This document shows, piece by piece, positions 12,374 through 25,449 of a stretch of 64,000 nucleotides of DNA. Within the stretch, counting starts at the first letter, position 1. Every line of letters begins with the position of its first letter. A program made the position numbers and the translations under genes. The notes under the pieces are model-generated. The model searched no databases. It had not been told where the DNA came from and saw only the letters and a list, made by a program, of their open reading frames with translations. This stretch comes from Atractiella rhizophila. Its lineage: Eukaryota. The stretch spans positions 1 to 64,000 of the forward strand of contig MU271335.1 in NCBI GenBank assembly GCA_021432655.1, given 5' to 3'.

Positions 12374-13297
12374 TCAGATAGGATGAAGTAAAACATTAAT
12401 AATCATGAGTGGATTATACAGCTGGAGACCGTTTGGACAGGGTTGATATCTAACATAATGGTTGCAACTACATTTTCCTTGAAAGGCGATTGAATTGAGC
12501 GATAAGGAAGAACGGTCGAAAATTGCTTTGAAGATCGGAGGAACTGGAGGAACTGACTTGAGATAATTGAAATTGAAAAAGCTTGAACAGATCACTGAAT
12601 GCTCCCATCCACCATCCGTGTCCTTCTTCGTGAGGACACCCTGATGAACTATTAGAGCTGGTACCAGGTCTCTATTATTCGTTCGTTGTCGTAAAAGATC
12701 GGAGTTGAAGCTTGAAGGGGAGACGTGATCTCGCACTCATCACTCGACGATGATCCCGGTCGGTTGCTCCCTCTCCAGCAGTCGTTGTCTCTGCACCTCC
12801 TCCTTTCTCATCTGCCTCTTGATCTGTTCTTGCCTGACGCTGTTCGCCCACTCCAGTATCTGATCATCTTGGAAGAACTCTACCATGATCTTTTCGTCCC
12901 CTTTTAAAAAAGAGATCGCATTGTTGAACTGCGCCAATTCGGCATTTAAAGCCAAAGGATTCTCGAATAGCCCAAGGTCAAAGTTTCGAGGAGGCTGTTG
13001 AGAAGATGAGGAAGGGCTTTCAATGGTATAGCGTACAAGGATGCGGTAGGAAGGATCAAGGCGGAACATTTGCAGGAACTCTGCTCCGTCATGAGCAATC
13101 ATGTGGAACGAAGAGGGAAACAAACCGTCATCGTCGTGCATTCGAAAGCAGCGCTTGGCAGCCTCCAATATCATCGAAGCGTCATGGAAGAGGGGAGTGC
13201 CTTGGTTCGGCGTGCTACAAGAGGTTGAGCACACATGATGATATTGGGATGAATAATCAATAGCCTTCAGCTTGAACCAGACTGTCGACTCCATCAT
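12374..13297 (-). CDS. Hypothetical lineage-specific protein or pseudogene fragment
   Basis: Two same-frame ORFs (185 aa and 120 aa) separated by TGA TGA at 12737-12742; short coiled-coil-like stretch; no recognised domain. Confidence 0.3.
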
Positions 13298-15046
13298 TCA
13301 GTTTCTCGGCATAGAGACTCAAAGAAAGAATCACCCTGCGTTTTGACTAGCATTCGCGACATGTCGGTTTGCGATCGTTCTTGCCGATGGGGCGCCCAAA
13401 GGAAACCGCAACCAAAGCAAGAAAAAAACCTTTTTAAGCAAAGGCAAAAAGAGTTGTACTCACACGTCTCAGGATCAAAGCCACAAGAGAAGATTGAAAT
13501 GTCGATTCTTGGTGGTTTTCTCTGGGGAAAACCTGAAAACAAGAGCCTTCGGAAAAAAACTTACAATCACGATAAGCGAAAACTGACCGTGCGCTGATTA
13601 TTATCCCAGAGCTTTGACAAAATGGCTAGTCCACTTGAAATTGCTTATCGAAATCGTTTGGAAGCCTTTTCAACGGTGTCTTGCTTGTTGTCGAGGCTGG
13701 AGCGTCAGAACCAGTCAAAAGCCCAGGAGTGGCAAAATAACAAAAGGTCTCGAACTTTAAACGCAAGGTTCAGATAAGGTTCATGACCTTGTGAAGCGCT
13801 GCGGATTATGATCTGATAACAGCACAGACTCGGACTTCTGCAGCTTTCTGAGGCAACAACTGTGAAGCAGGGTTGAGGAGAAATTACCTCAAAATACTGA
13901 AATATCGACTTCTGCCAAACTAGCACGCTGTAGGCATCCGCTGCAACCCCCACGACTACTTCATGGTTAAGTTGCACATACAGTACTTGGCAGTCTCCTT
14001 CCATGTTACCGAATCTTGCCCACGTTCTCGCCCATCCCAGCAGTTTCAGCGTAATGTCTGAAACTGTTGGAGTCAAACAACCGGTTCTTAACACTCATTT
14101 CGATACTATCAATATGGTTGCCACACTAAGAAACCGCACGATAGGGGATACAGTACTGGTTGATGACCGCTTGGAGGTGTTCTTGTACTGCGTAGACGAG
14201 GGGTCACGAGGGAGGTATTTATCTTTCTGGTAACTTCGATAGCGAAATACATAGTAAATACTAAGACTTGTAGTGGATATGGTGGAATTCTTTTCTTTAA
14301 CTGCCGGTGTATGTGACGGGAATGTGACAAGGTTTCTCAAAAATGGCTCAAAGTGGCTCGTTATTTCCAGCCTATCTATGACAATCTATGAAAACTAGTT
14401 TTGTAGATTGCGAATCCGGATCCAGAAGGGCGAACGAACCGGTGCTCACTCGCTCACCCCTTCCAAAGCTCAGTTTGTAAACGTTGACGTTATTTGGCCT
14501 CGGCGCTGGAATCCGATGCCATGCTTCACAGCGGAAAAACAACAAGGTGAAAATGGTGAAAAGAGCTGCTGTGGGTTGCCAAAGCCTCTTCTCCACAAAG
14601 TGGCCATCATACTTGCAGCAGAACTGCAACGGAGACATCTTGCGTAAACCCCTGCACAAGGTACCCGAGGGTAAATACACAGAGAGCTATGCAGAGCCAT
14701 TATTGTTTGGGTGACAACATAACAACAATGTGGTTGGTTCTTCGAGCTTCAGTGCGCACGTGCATTATCAACATGCAAATCAAGCATGTATCTCGTTCAC
14801 GCCTGACCAGCCTGAACCTCTTGCCCTGCTTCTAATCCAACTTGCAAGGATGGAGCTCTCACCTCTCATCTCAGCCAGCATCTGAGCCTGTGGCCACCCA
14901 GAAGTTCACTCGAAAAAGTTTGCACTGTTTGTGAGAAGGCGCAACAAAACCACCACTTCATGAGGGCCGTCCTTGGGCCACTGTAAAATTGTCTGAGGGA
15001 GTCGAGGGTCTCTTCTTGATTATTTTTATGGGTAGTTTATGAAGTG

Positions 15047-17168
15047 ATGGAGGAACAAGATTCGCTCTCATATAATCTCGGTTCGTCGCAGGTATCGCAA
15101 ATCCTACCAGGAAAAACGACGCCGACAATAACAAGTACACCACGACGAAAGAGGTCACCTTTCCCAACCATCGATATCGATTTACACAGTTCCCTCAAGG
15201 ACTCAGACCTCTCCACGTCGCCAGAACCATCAGTCAGGCCAAAGAAAGCGACTTCCGAAGCTCTGTTGAGGATCAGAAACCTGGCGTCTCAACTTGCATC
15301 AGCTGACCCTCCCGCTTCCACTTCTAGCAGCACGCTCGTCAATCACACCGATAACGATGAATTCAGTGCATTCAAGGCGTCTGTGAAGCGTAGGCCAAGT
15401 ATTTTGAAAGGAAGGAGAACACTGGGATTAGGACTGGATAGATTGGTTGAAGAGGAAGACACGACGAAATTGCAGAGTGCTCAAGTTGTTGGCCGATTCC
15501 CAGGACGCGTGAGCCTCTCATTATCGCATGCGAAGGAAATGGGAACTCGAGACGCGTCTGAACTGGAGGCGACTCGTGAAAACACCCGCACACCAATAAC
15601 ACCCCCGCCTTCACGCAATGCAGCACCTCCAAAAACCCCTCATCCTCCCGGCGCTTTTCCTCAAACCCCAGCCGGCGCGTCCATTCGAACGAGACCTTTT
15701 ACGCCGCCTCCGCTAGAAGAATCGGTTGCAAGTTCGGGATCGCGCACCCCAACATCTTCACAGAAAGTGAGGTCGCTTTTCCAGAACCATATATATTCTA
15801 GTACGCCGCGAGCTGAATCAAACAGTTTCTATGAAAAGGAGAAATCGAAGGCTAAAGAGCCGCCTACTCCAAAGGTGATTGGCTACTACGAGTCGTTTCG
15901 AGCGCCTGAGGAGGAACAGGCGACCGAATCGTCCTCCTCAGAGTTTGACCAACATCCTTCACATTCACGCATTTCCTCCCACTCCCAGGCCCACTCTGGA
16001 TATCCGATTTCCACTGCAAACTCCAACTACGCCCGACGCTTTCCTACCGCTCAATCTGAATCATCCTCTTCCTCTTCTGAGTCTTCATACGAACGACCCC
16101 AACCTTTACGTTCCTCCATGTCCAAGCGCCAAGTTCAGAAGTCACGCGCTTTTGCCTCGAACCCTCTCTCTATGTCGACCTCCATAGCGAAAGGCGTCCG
16201 CTTCGCCGTGTCTCCCTCTCATTCAATGTCCACATCTCCTGAGAATGTCCCCCCCAGATCGGACAGGGAAGAAGAGGTAGCCGGTACCTCAACTCACTTC
16301 GTGAGAAAAAAGGATTCGAGTCGCGAGGAAGAACATTCGGTCTCGCCTTTGCGTCAGAGATCAAAGAGCAGCGAAATCTCGTTCCAGGTCAAAGAAGGAG
16401 ACGATGGGAGATCGTACCCCCCACGCTCCTCCACCCCCAAACAGAAGGCAAGGGGTCGCTTCGCCAGTATCCGAGAAGGCATTACGCCACGCTTACGTCT
16501 CGATGATGCACTGTCAACTTCTTGGAAGTATAAGAGTGTGGCAGGGGAAGCGTTAGGAGAAGGAGACGAGAAGGATAAGGGGAAGTTAAAGGAGCGAGTG
16601 CGTCATCTGCGAGAAGAAATTGGCGGACTGGAAGAGGAAAGGGATGTAATTCTAAACGAACTCAAGCGATGCGAGTTTGGGGAGAAGGGGCTGATGGGCA
16701 GAATTGAGCTGTTGAGCGATGCGGTTAAAGGAACTGTGAGTCGGTTGGATCTACGATTTGGATCCCCCGTTGATGAGTTTTCCGTAGGATTTTACACTAG
16801 AGGCTCTCAAACGAGGCTCTCGAAAGTGGACGATAATGCTCACGAGCCTCGTGATCTTCGAGGTCTTGATTATCCTTCTGATGTACCTGTGAGTTTGTTT
16901 GATCTCGCTTTGGACAGCACTAATTTCAGTGCTCAGCTCCGCAGATGCTCGCACATCGTACTTCTTTCAGACAGTCTATTTCGACCCTTTTTTCCCTGCA
17001 CTCTTCCTCCCTCCAGGATACGACCAATTTGCCGTGCTCCCGGACACCATCAACCTGTTTTCTCCCCGAAAGGAAGGAGTTCTTCGCATGGTCTTTCATT
17101 GGCTGTTATCTAAACTTCCTCGTGAGGACATGACAACAGGCGATTTTGAACTTCAATGGCCATCATAG
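15047..17168 (+). CDS. S/P-rich protein with coiled coil and single C-terminal TM helix (KASH-like candidate), 3 exons
   Basis: Long exon to a GTGAGT donor at 16736; exon 2 DFTLEALKRGSRKWTIMLTSLVIFEVLIILLMYL (TM); exon 3 SADARTSYFFQTVYFDPFFPALF...ELQWPS*. Confidence 0.7.
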
Positions 17169-17274
17169 CATCTTTTCCCTCAATGACAATGACGTAGCCG
17201 TATATATGCCCACCTCGTTATGGATTCAATCTGTTGTTTTCTTGACCTTCGACTTTCTTGCACCAGTACACTTG

Positions 17275-17465
17275 TCTTCAATCTGTTCTTTTATCTTGGA
17301 CATGCACTATGCAATCAACCATGAACGTTATGGTTCACAACATCTCCGTAACCTGCCGTAACTTGTCCAATCTTCAATCTGTTCTTTTATCTTGGACATG
17401 CACTATGCAATCAACCATGAACGTTATGGTTCACAACATCTCCGTAACCTGCCGTAACTTGTCCA
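17275..17465. repeat. Direct tandem duplication, 2 copies, period 96 bp
   Basis: TCTTCAATCTGTTCTTTTATCTTGGACATG...CCGTAACTTGTCCA at 17275-17369 and 17371-17465. Confidence 0.95.
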
Positions 17466-17880
17466 TGTGTCATTTCTTGGTCCTGTTCTTCGTCCTGAAT
17501 GCACGAGATTGCTTGAGGCTTAGTCAATTCTCGTCATTCATTAATTACTCTCCGCTGCATATCGCTGCGGTAGTCGCAGGGAGCGCGTGGGGGAGAAGGA
17601 ACGAAGGTCTGAATGCCTGCATATCTCCAGCAGCGTGTTCCCTCATGCCAGTGTCACGGGATAAGATAAAAATGTATCTCGGAACTCTTCATCACGCGAC
17701 TGTCTGACGATAATCAGCACTAGCCGCCTTGCTATTCCCAGTTGCATATAATGGCAACCCGATGTCAGCCTTTTCTCTTTTCAAGGTCCCGTTGTTACTC
17801 TTGCGACTCTACAAACGACTATTGGATCCACGAGCCGTCACGACTGATACACATCTTCGAGTTTGTGACCAACGACAAGT

Positions 17881-20460
17881 ATGAGCGACGAAAAGAAGGA
17901 TCTTGAGGGTGGAAACCCTGCAAGTCTCCACAAAACCCCGTCCTCCCTCTCAGCACCCGCTGTAGCGGTAGACGAGGTTGGTGTAAACAGGAGCAGGTAT
18001 GCTCACCCTCTTGTTCAAGTGAGTGCCTACTAGTACGAAGGTCAACCTTGCCATAGTCGTCCTGACATTACGGTAGATCATCTTCCTGAGGTGGGAGTCT
18101 GGTTCTCCGTTTAATCAAAGCTTGCCTTTCTGATGCGGTCAACACAACAGCTTTATTTGCTTCGGGTGCCCAGGTTCTTATGTTTCCATAATACTCTGTG
18201 GTTTAACTCATTTTCGTGCGAAAAGGTCTTTACAATGCTCTGAGCGGAATTGGGGTATGTCACTCACATTGTCATCCGAAGGCACTGATTGAGCCGATAT
18301 TGCTAAAAGGGAGGCGGTCAAGTTGACACAAAGACCCAAAGCACGCGTTTCCTCTCGCGTCTGGCCCTGCAATTGCTTAAGGTTATGTAGGTAACGCATC
18401 TGTGGCTCTGTACAGCACCTTTGCAGTTACAGGGTTCTTTGGAGGTATTATTTGGAGTGATGGAAGAGACGAAAGCTGACGACCTTACAACAGGCAACTT
18501 CTGCAACAAATTTGGGCCTCGCATGACGCTGCAAATTGGCGAGTGGTAGCCTATCCTCTTCCCGGAGATTGCTGATATTCGACGGTTGCAGGGACCCTTG
18601 GATATTGTCTTTACATCGGAGCATTCCTATCCTACAACATCAACGGCAACAGGTCAGGATTTTCAAGAAGGCTTGACAGATTTTGACCGTTAGATTTGTA
18701 GCGGTTTTGTCATCGCCTCAGGAGCGATTTTGGGAGTATGCGCTGGACTCCTGTGGACCGCTCAAGGGTCGATTATGCTTGCTTACGCGACTGAAGCCAC
18801 AAAAGGAAGGCAAGTTATCATCGATGCTCGTTTATGGTGTCTGACAGTGTTGGGTAGATATATCGCTGTGTTTTGGTCTATATTGTTGGTCCTTCGCTTT
18901 TGCATATCACAGTATCCCATTTTCTATGCTAGCAACATGGGAGCTGTCCTTGGATCCGCTATTGCACTCGGACAGAATGCTCACCAGGTCCATAAGTGGG
19001 TCTTTCTCTATATTCAGGACATAAACAAATTGGCGTTCCTCCACAGTGCTCCAGTTGAGAATGGCACCTACATTGCATTTTTGGTCGGTGATTCCTTAGC
19101 AGAGGCTGCTTACGATTGACTGTCCCTAGATAATTACACTTTGCGCTGCCGCTCTACCGTTCTTTCTGGTTAAACCGGAGTCTGTCATTCGATCTGATGG
19201 CAGCAGAGTTGCCATTCCTCAACATCCATCTTGGAAAACCGAGTTTACGGGAGTAAGTTTTCCAACCTCACCGTCCGCTTCTGGAATCTGCTCTGACAGC
19301 GCCGTGCAGATGTGGTGGTCACTCACCAAAGATCCCTACATTATTTTGCTCTTCCCATTTTTTCTTGCTAGTAATTGGGTAAGGATCTTTCAATCTACGG
19401 TTATTCGATTCCTCACACTATCTACGTAGTTCTACACCTATCGTAAGCAGTGTTGGTGCACCTTCTTGTAAACTGACCATCCGCTTTAGAGGGGAATTGC
19501 TACAACGCTGCATTATTCAATACAAGGACTAGGGCACTCAACGGACTGTTATACTGGTTTGTTCAGATTGTAGGAAAGTGTTTCCTTGCAGCAAAACACC
19601 CTGGACTAACCTGTCAGTAGGAGCCATACTATTTGGGTTTTTTCTCGACAATCCAAGGTTGAGTAGGCGCAATCGAGCTTTCGCTGGGTTTGATTCTCCT
19701 CGGAACACAGTCATCAAACTGATTAGATCCTTAGATTTGCATTTCTCTTTGCAATCATCATGATCACATATGGTTGGGGTTACCTCTACCAGAAAGACTG
19801 TAAGGTTCTTTCGTCAAATCGCCCCTGACTGATTCATATCATCTGGTCCTTTGCCGAATAGACACCAGGGCGAGCGTTTCAGAAGCTGCCGGCTACATAC
19901 CTATTGATTGGTCAGATTCTGCATATGCTGGTAAGAACAATGCTTCCAATTGACCTGCAGTTCTGAACAAGGCTTTCAGGACGAGTTCTTCTACACATCC
20001 TGTACGGAATGACAGATGCTTTCTGGTATTTATTCCTAAGCCCTGAAGCTAATAAATTATCCATTTTGACGGATTCGCTTTGCAGGCAAACCTACGCCTA
20101 TTGGGTTATTGGAACAGTATCGAACGATGTGAGGCGGTTGGCCCATCTCGCGGGATTTTATAAGGGTGAGATTTTGAAGGCCATGCGCGCAATCTCTAAT
20201 GAATGAAACTTTCAGGAATACAATCCGCAGGAGCTGCTGGTGTTTGGCGACTCGACGCGGAAAAGAAGAGTTATATGTCCATCTTTGGGTCAACGTGGGG
20301 ATTGTGTGCCGGATCGTTAGTATTAATGCTCCCCTTCCTTATCAGTAGGGTTACGGAACACACGAACGCTGAGGACGAAATCGTCCAGAGGATGGATGAT
20401 AAAGGTGGACTACGTGATGCGAAGGAAATTCAGGAGGCTGGCTTGGAGCCTACGAAGTAG
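17881..20460 (+). CDS. UNC-93-like MFS transporter, very intron-rich
   Basis: Spliced motifs YAHPLVQ, FICFGCPG, LYNALSGIG, GGQVD, VALYSTFAVTGFFG, GAILGVCAGLLWTAQGSIMLAY, LLFPFFLASNW|FYTY, TRALNGLLYW, QTYAYWVIG, AGFYKG|IQSAGAAGVWRLD. Confidence 0.9.
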
Positions 20461-20582
20461 CTTCCATGGAAACGATTTTGGTTACTTTATTGTGAGCCTT
20501 GGTTATCTATTGACGATTCAAAGTGTTGAATTCCTTGATTTGATAGATGATACTTGAAGATCTTGATGAAACAATTTATGAA

Positions 20583-21376
20583 TTACTTGGGCAAAGCAAT
20601 GGCCTCAATCTCAACAACAGCGTCCTTAGGGAGCCTTGCAACCTCGACAGTCGACCTCGCTGGCTTAGAGCCTTCGAAAAGCTGTTCATATACCTTATTG
20701 AACGCGGCAAAGTCGTTCATATCCTTCAGAAAAACTGTGCCAACCTTCAGCATCTCCCATCGAATGAATGGTCACGGACCAGTTGTTTTTACAACACGGG
20801 AGAGGTCCGATCCCTAATATTTCATCAGCAAACGAGCAACACAACTTCAAAACGTGAACATACAGCTTCCAAGAGTACATTTGAGAGATTCTTGATGGAT
20901 TGTGCCTAATCAAACATCCCTCTATGCTGGTCCTTGCAACCGGAAGCACTCAACGCACAGTCTGAGCTTCAACGCCTCCTGCAAAATGATGAGTTGCCTG
21001 CTAAAAGAGAAGAGTGCAGGGCTTGCCTTCGACAAGGTTGCCATTGGAAGGGTCAAGGCCCAAAGACCCAGAGCAGAAGATGAGATCCTTCGTCCTGATG
21101 GCCTGCGAGTAAGGCCCCAGCTATCCCACTGAGTAAGCTACCTATACAAGTGCGAGCGATTAATGAAAGCTTGCAGCGGAGGGAGCCTTTGATGTTGCTA
21201 CAATTTGGTAGGGAGAGGACGACATGGTCTGCTCCCAAGTCCATGGTCAAAACATCCGAGTCTTTTACCCGACGAAAGGACTTTACACTGTATAGTCTTC
21301 CAGTTATGCTTGGGATCTGTCTGTAGGAAATCGAAATCCGCCTCAAAGTGCTAGCGGTCGTCGTCGTTCGGAACAT
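20583..21376 (-). CDS. MMF1: Rid (YjgF/YER057c/UK114) enamine/imine deaminase with mitochondrial presequence
   Basis: Spliced: [13 protein letters not shown]...[58 protein letters not shown]...[55 protein letters not shown]. Confidence 0.92.
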
Positions 21377-21580
21377 GGATGGTCAATTTCTGCCTCTCCG
21401 AACTTGAGATTTCGGCAAGCCTTCGAAGATGGTAGGAAGTTGAATATTGAGTATGAACGTTGTATTAACGTTGCAGATTGCATCTCGAGTATCACGTCGA
21501 TTCATGAAAACGTAGAAACACGAAAGGAAACCAAGAATCCACAGTAAAGCACTTCTGCAGCAACATCACTACCTGACACA

Positions 21581-22577
21581 TCACTCCCTTCCTGGGCTAC
21601 CAGAAGTATCACTATTCGAACCCTGATAATCGAAAACCATCAATTCAGGAGAGATTAGGTCATAAGTCTTGATGAGCAGATTGAATCGTTCATATAATGA
21701 CGTTTCTGCCTGTTATAGTTGTCCGTCAATGCCGTCGTGGAAAGGAAGGAGGAACAACAGTACCTCACAAGTCTCAAATACCTCCCGATGGTGAAACCAT
21801 GCATGGGCGAATATGCGGTAGAGCCTTCGAGCAATGGATGTGAAGTGCTTCAAGGATGTGGGGTTGATCGTTAAACTAGACAGGAACAAGTCACTTATGG
21901 GAAGGATAAAGGAATGGAACAGACGCACCGACTTGGGAAGTATCGCGCTGAGTTTAGCAGTGCCGTTGCTCCGTCTAAGGTGTGGGTGATATAATCGATA
22001 GCACAGCATTCCGTCTAGAGTTTCACCATAAGAAAAAAAGTAGTACATGGAAGGAAAGTTCACCTCGGTTGCTGCAGCATGAGCGGCGCAAAGATAGAGC
22101 CATTCTCCAGCCTTCATTTCAGGACAACGGTCTCGCTGACATTCCGACTGCAAAGCAGTCACGAAAGGGTGAGACAGGTCGAGTGCAAGTCGTCTAATCG
22201 GCGTTTAGTCTGAATATGGAGACAGGGAAGAAGTTCAGACCTAAGTTGCTCGTAAAGCCAAACATCCCTGTCGACGAGAGGGATACCCTCCTGAGCCGCT
22301 TCCGATTCTTCTGGGCTCCTCTCCACGCCATTGACGTCTTGTCCTGCCAGAGCAGCCTTGTCAGGTATGGCTATTATCCGCTCCACGTCATGAGGGTTTG
22401 TGCGGACTAAATAGGCGATGTACTCCTGCAGTTGAAAGGGAGACTCGATTTGGGAAAGGTTCAACGCTGCCGCGTCAGAAGTGGATGGATAGCAATCCTA
22501 CAGCATTCCCGTCAGAATTATCTCTTGCTGGAATTCTGTGCGCATACCTGGTACTTAGTGCCCACTCTGAGATGCAT
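21581..22577 (-). CDS. Mob4/phocein (STRIPAK Mob3) family protein
   Basis: FQLQEYI...[11 protein letters not shown]...[16 protein letters not shown]...[26 protein letters not shown]...[25 protein letters not shown]. Confidence 0.92.
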
Positions 22578-22813
22578 CTGGGCGAGTGTTGTGTCGTCGT
22601 GGCTGCTTTCAGTTTGGCGCAGAGTTTGGTGAAATTGGTGTAGTCCGAGATTATAAAGGTGACAAAACTCCGAAGCTAACCACGATCAAGAAAGGGGCTT
22701 CAAGTCCTTCAGCAGCTCAGAATCTTTCCCACGCTCGCTGTTAACGATTTACGACAAGAGATTCACGAATTTTGCTCACGAAATCACGATTCTACTCGAA
22801 ACAATCACTCGAA

Positions 22814-24998
22814 ATGGCCTCCCCGACACCGACTTACGACCCTGACAGTGTCATGGCTGCTCTCCTTGCGAACGCTCAATCCCTCAAAGCCAAAGTAGCG
22901 TCCGCTCCCACGGCGACAACCACTCCCTTCTACGATCCCGATAAAGTCATGGAAGCCCTTTTGAAGAATGCAGAGACGTTGCATGCTCAAGAGGCCGCTA
23001 AATATCAGCAGGTCACACATGCCATCCCGATTCCAGGACAAGAGATGTATATCTCGTCGCACCTCCTACATCCGAATGCTCCTTTGGCTCTCCCCATTAT
23101 TGCTGGCGTCGCATGCCTCTTTGCAGCATTGGTCTTTTACTTCTGCGGAGCGACTAGCACCAGGTGGGGAAACTCAATCAAATTGAACGAGACCAGGCTA
23201 GTACAAGGTGGATTGGGTGGAATACTGGCTGGATATGCTACTTCTAGTGAGTCTTTCTACCGATATTTATAATGAAAGGGAAGTTAAGCCGTTTTTGGAA
23301 GCCGCTGTCATTTTCCTGCCCTTCGTTCTCCTCCAAACTCCGCCAAAGCTCTCCTCCGTGGCTTTCTACGCCATCTTTGCTTTTGGGTCTATACCGCTGG
23401 CACTCGTCGCTGGAAGGTTTAAGTGGGTGGGAAGGGTTTGTCTTGCACTAACTGGAGCGTAAGTCGACCGCTTTTCGCCATATCTGTGCTGACAGGGAAA
23501 TAGTATGGCGCTCACGGCGAATCTCATCCTGTCGGCTCATCCTGTGACCCTTTTGCCTCGCCTCGTCCTTCTCGCCATCATCGTAGTCCTCAGTCTTGTC
23601 TCTGTTGTCGTCCTCCCCTTGGTTTCTCCATCTCTCTATCCCAAACTCGCCTCTCGTGCACTTATTGTCCTCACTTCTCTCGGTGCTGGTCCCTTCCTCT
23701 TCGGAGCGTCTATAGAGCTCATCTCATCAAAGAAATATGTATGGGTCGACGCCGTCGGGCTTTTCGCCAATGAAGATATCCGCCTAGGCGTTGAGGAAGA
23801 GTGGGGACAAACAAAATCCTTTAAAGGGCTCCTCGCAGGAAGTTGGTTGCTCGGAGTTGTTGCGGCTGGATGGCAATTCTGGAGATGGAGAGAAGTAGGA
23901 GACGATCCAGACGAACAGTGGAACTCATACCTTGGGAAGCTCATCAATCATGAGAAGGACAAGCAATTCAAGGCAGGCCGCTCTCCTGTCAAGAGGAAAG
24001 GTGTCTTTGTCCCCGAACCCACTTTTTGGGACAAGTTGTTCGGTCGCTCTCGTGGACTGGAGAATGTCCGTCCTGCTTCGCCCCTCTTTGACGACGAAAA
24101 AGTCGATAGCCCTTTGACTGACTTGCCGGAGAAGAAGAAACACACGAGAGAGAAGGAACGTGATCTACCTTGGGAGGAAACGGACGAAGAAAAGTCAAGA
24201 TCTCCTCAGCGATACGATCCTCACGATGCGGACATTACGGATGATATTGATGATGATCAGAAGACCCTGGCAGGATCCATAGACTTTGATTTCAAGAGGA
24301 AGGAGTTTGATAAGCTGGACGAGAAAATGGGACTTGGTATCAAGCTGGGAGACGAGAGAGCGCCGATACCAAGGAAGCAAAGTACTGCCACCGCCCTTAC
24401 TTCTCTCAGTGGCTCCACAGCTGTTGGATCAGACCATCATTATTCTCAAAAACAGGAAGAATGTTCTGACTCGTCGTCTTCGGAGTCCGAAGGAGAACCT
24501 GTCGGCGATTTGGAAGCTGGCAACATGACTCGTCAGAAGAAGAAGGGGATGGTCTCTTCCATCTCAAAGATGTTTGGTGGCCAATCCAGGAAACCTGCAC
24601 GCTACAGTGGAGTGCATTCGTCCGATCGATCGCGTTCGCTTTCAATCGATGCCACTCCGATCTCTCCCTCAGCATCTCGACCTCGCCCCGTTTCTAGGCA
24701 AAGCCAACATCGTCCAGTGTCGCGAACGTCGCGTCCGGCTTCCTTTTCTAACAGCTCTAAACAGGCCTCTTCTCCCAGTACTTCCCCGAAAGCACCAGCT
24801 ACAAACCTCGTCCCTGCCACTCCCAGCCTTCTCCGAGCAATTGATCGGATTCAAGAGGCACAAAGGCAAGCGAGGGGCGAGCTTTCCGCTGTTACGGAGG
24901 TGACAGAACCTGTTTCGGAAGCGAAGGGACGAAAGAACGAGGACCTGTGGGCTCAGTTGGAAAAAGTTTCGAATCGCAGAGAAGGGAAGGAGATTTAG
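22814..24998 (+). CDS. Multi-pass membrane protein (DUF4203/TMEM198-like) with disordered C-tail
   Basis: About 7 hydrophobic segments across 3 exons ending LLAGSWLLGVVAAGWQFW, then an S/R/D-rich tail with VPATPSLLRAIDRI. Confidence 0.7.
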
Positions 24999-25449
24999 GT
25001 TGTGGTTCGTTTTGAGACGACATCTAACGGTATTTATTCTTCGGATGTGGACATTATTTTCTGCTTTACTTCCTCCTTTTGTTTTCGTTTCCTTTGTTTT
25101 GAAAGAGAAGGAACTCATTGGACTTAAAGTTACCCACGACCATCGATTTTCGATTCGAAGTTTCAGCTGTTGAACAATTTTGTTGTGCTTACAGTTACGC
25201 TATAGTTATAATTCATTCTGCGAATGCAACACATCCCAATATCATGCTTCACGTTAATTGTAACCCTCGACCACCTCGTGAAGGTGAAGGTCGTGATGAA
25301 GGATGTAGCGCCTGAAATCTCTGGCTGATTTTACGTTTCTTCTCCATAGTGGCAGCATGACTTACTGGGCTCAAGTGGAATTCTTGACACCAGTGACTCA
25401 TCTTGCACAGCTGGATCTAATCGACACATCCAAACGGCGACACTACAGG

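Noticed and set aside
16736..17113. C-terminal part of the 689-aa ORF as real protein
   Set aside because: It reads through two clear introns; the spliced frame gives a TM helix and a different terminus.
17275..17465. CRISPR-like array
   Set aside because: Only two contiguous copies, no spacers, eukaryotic context.
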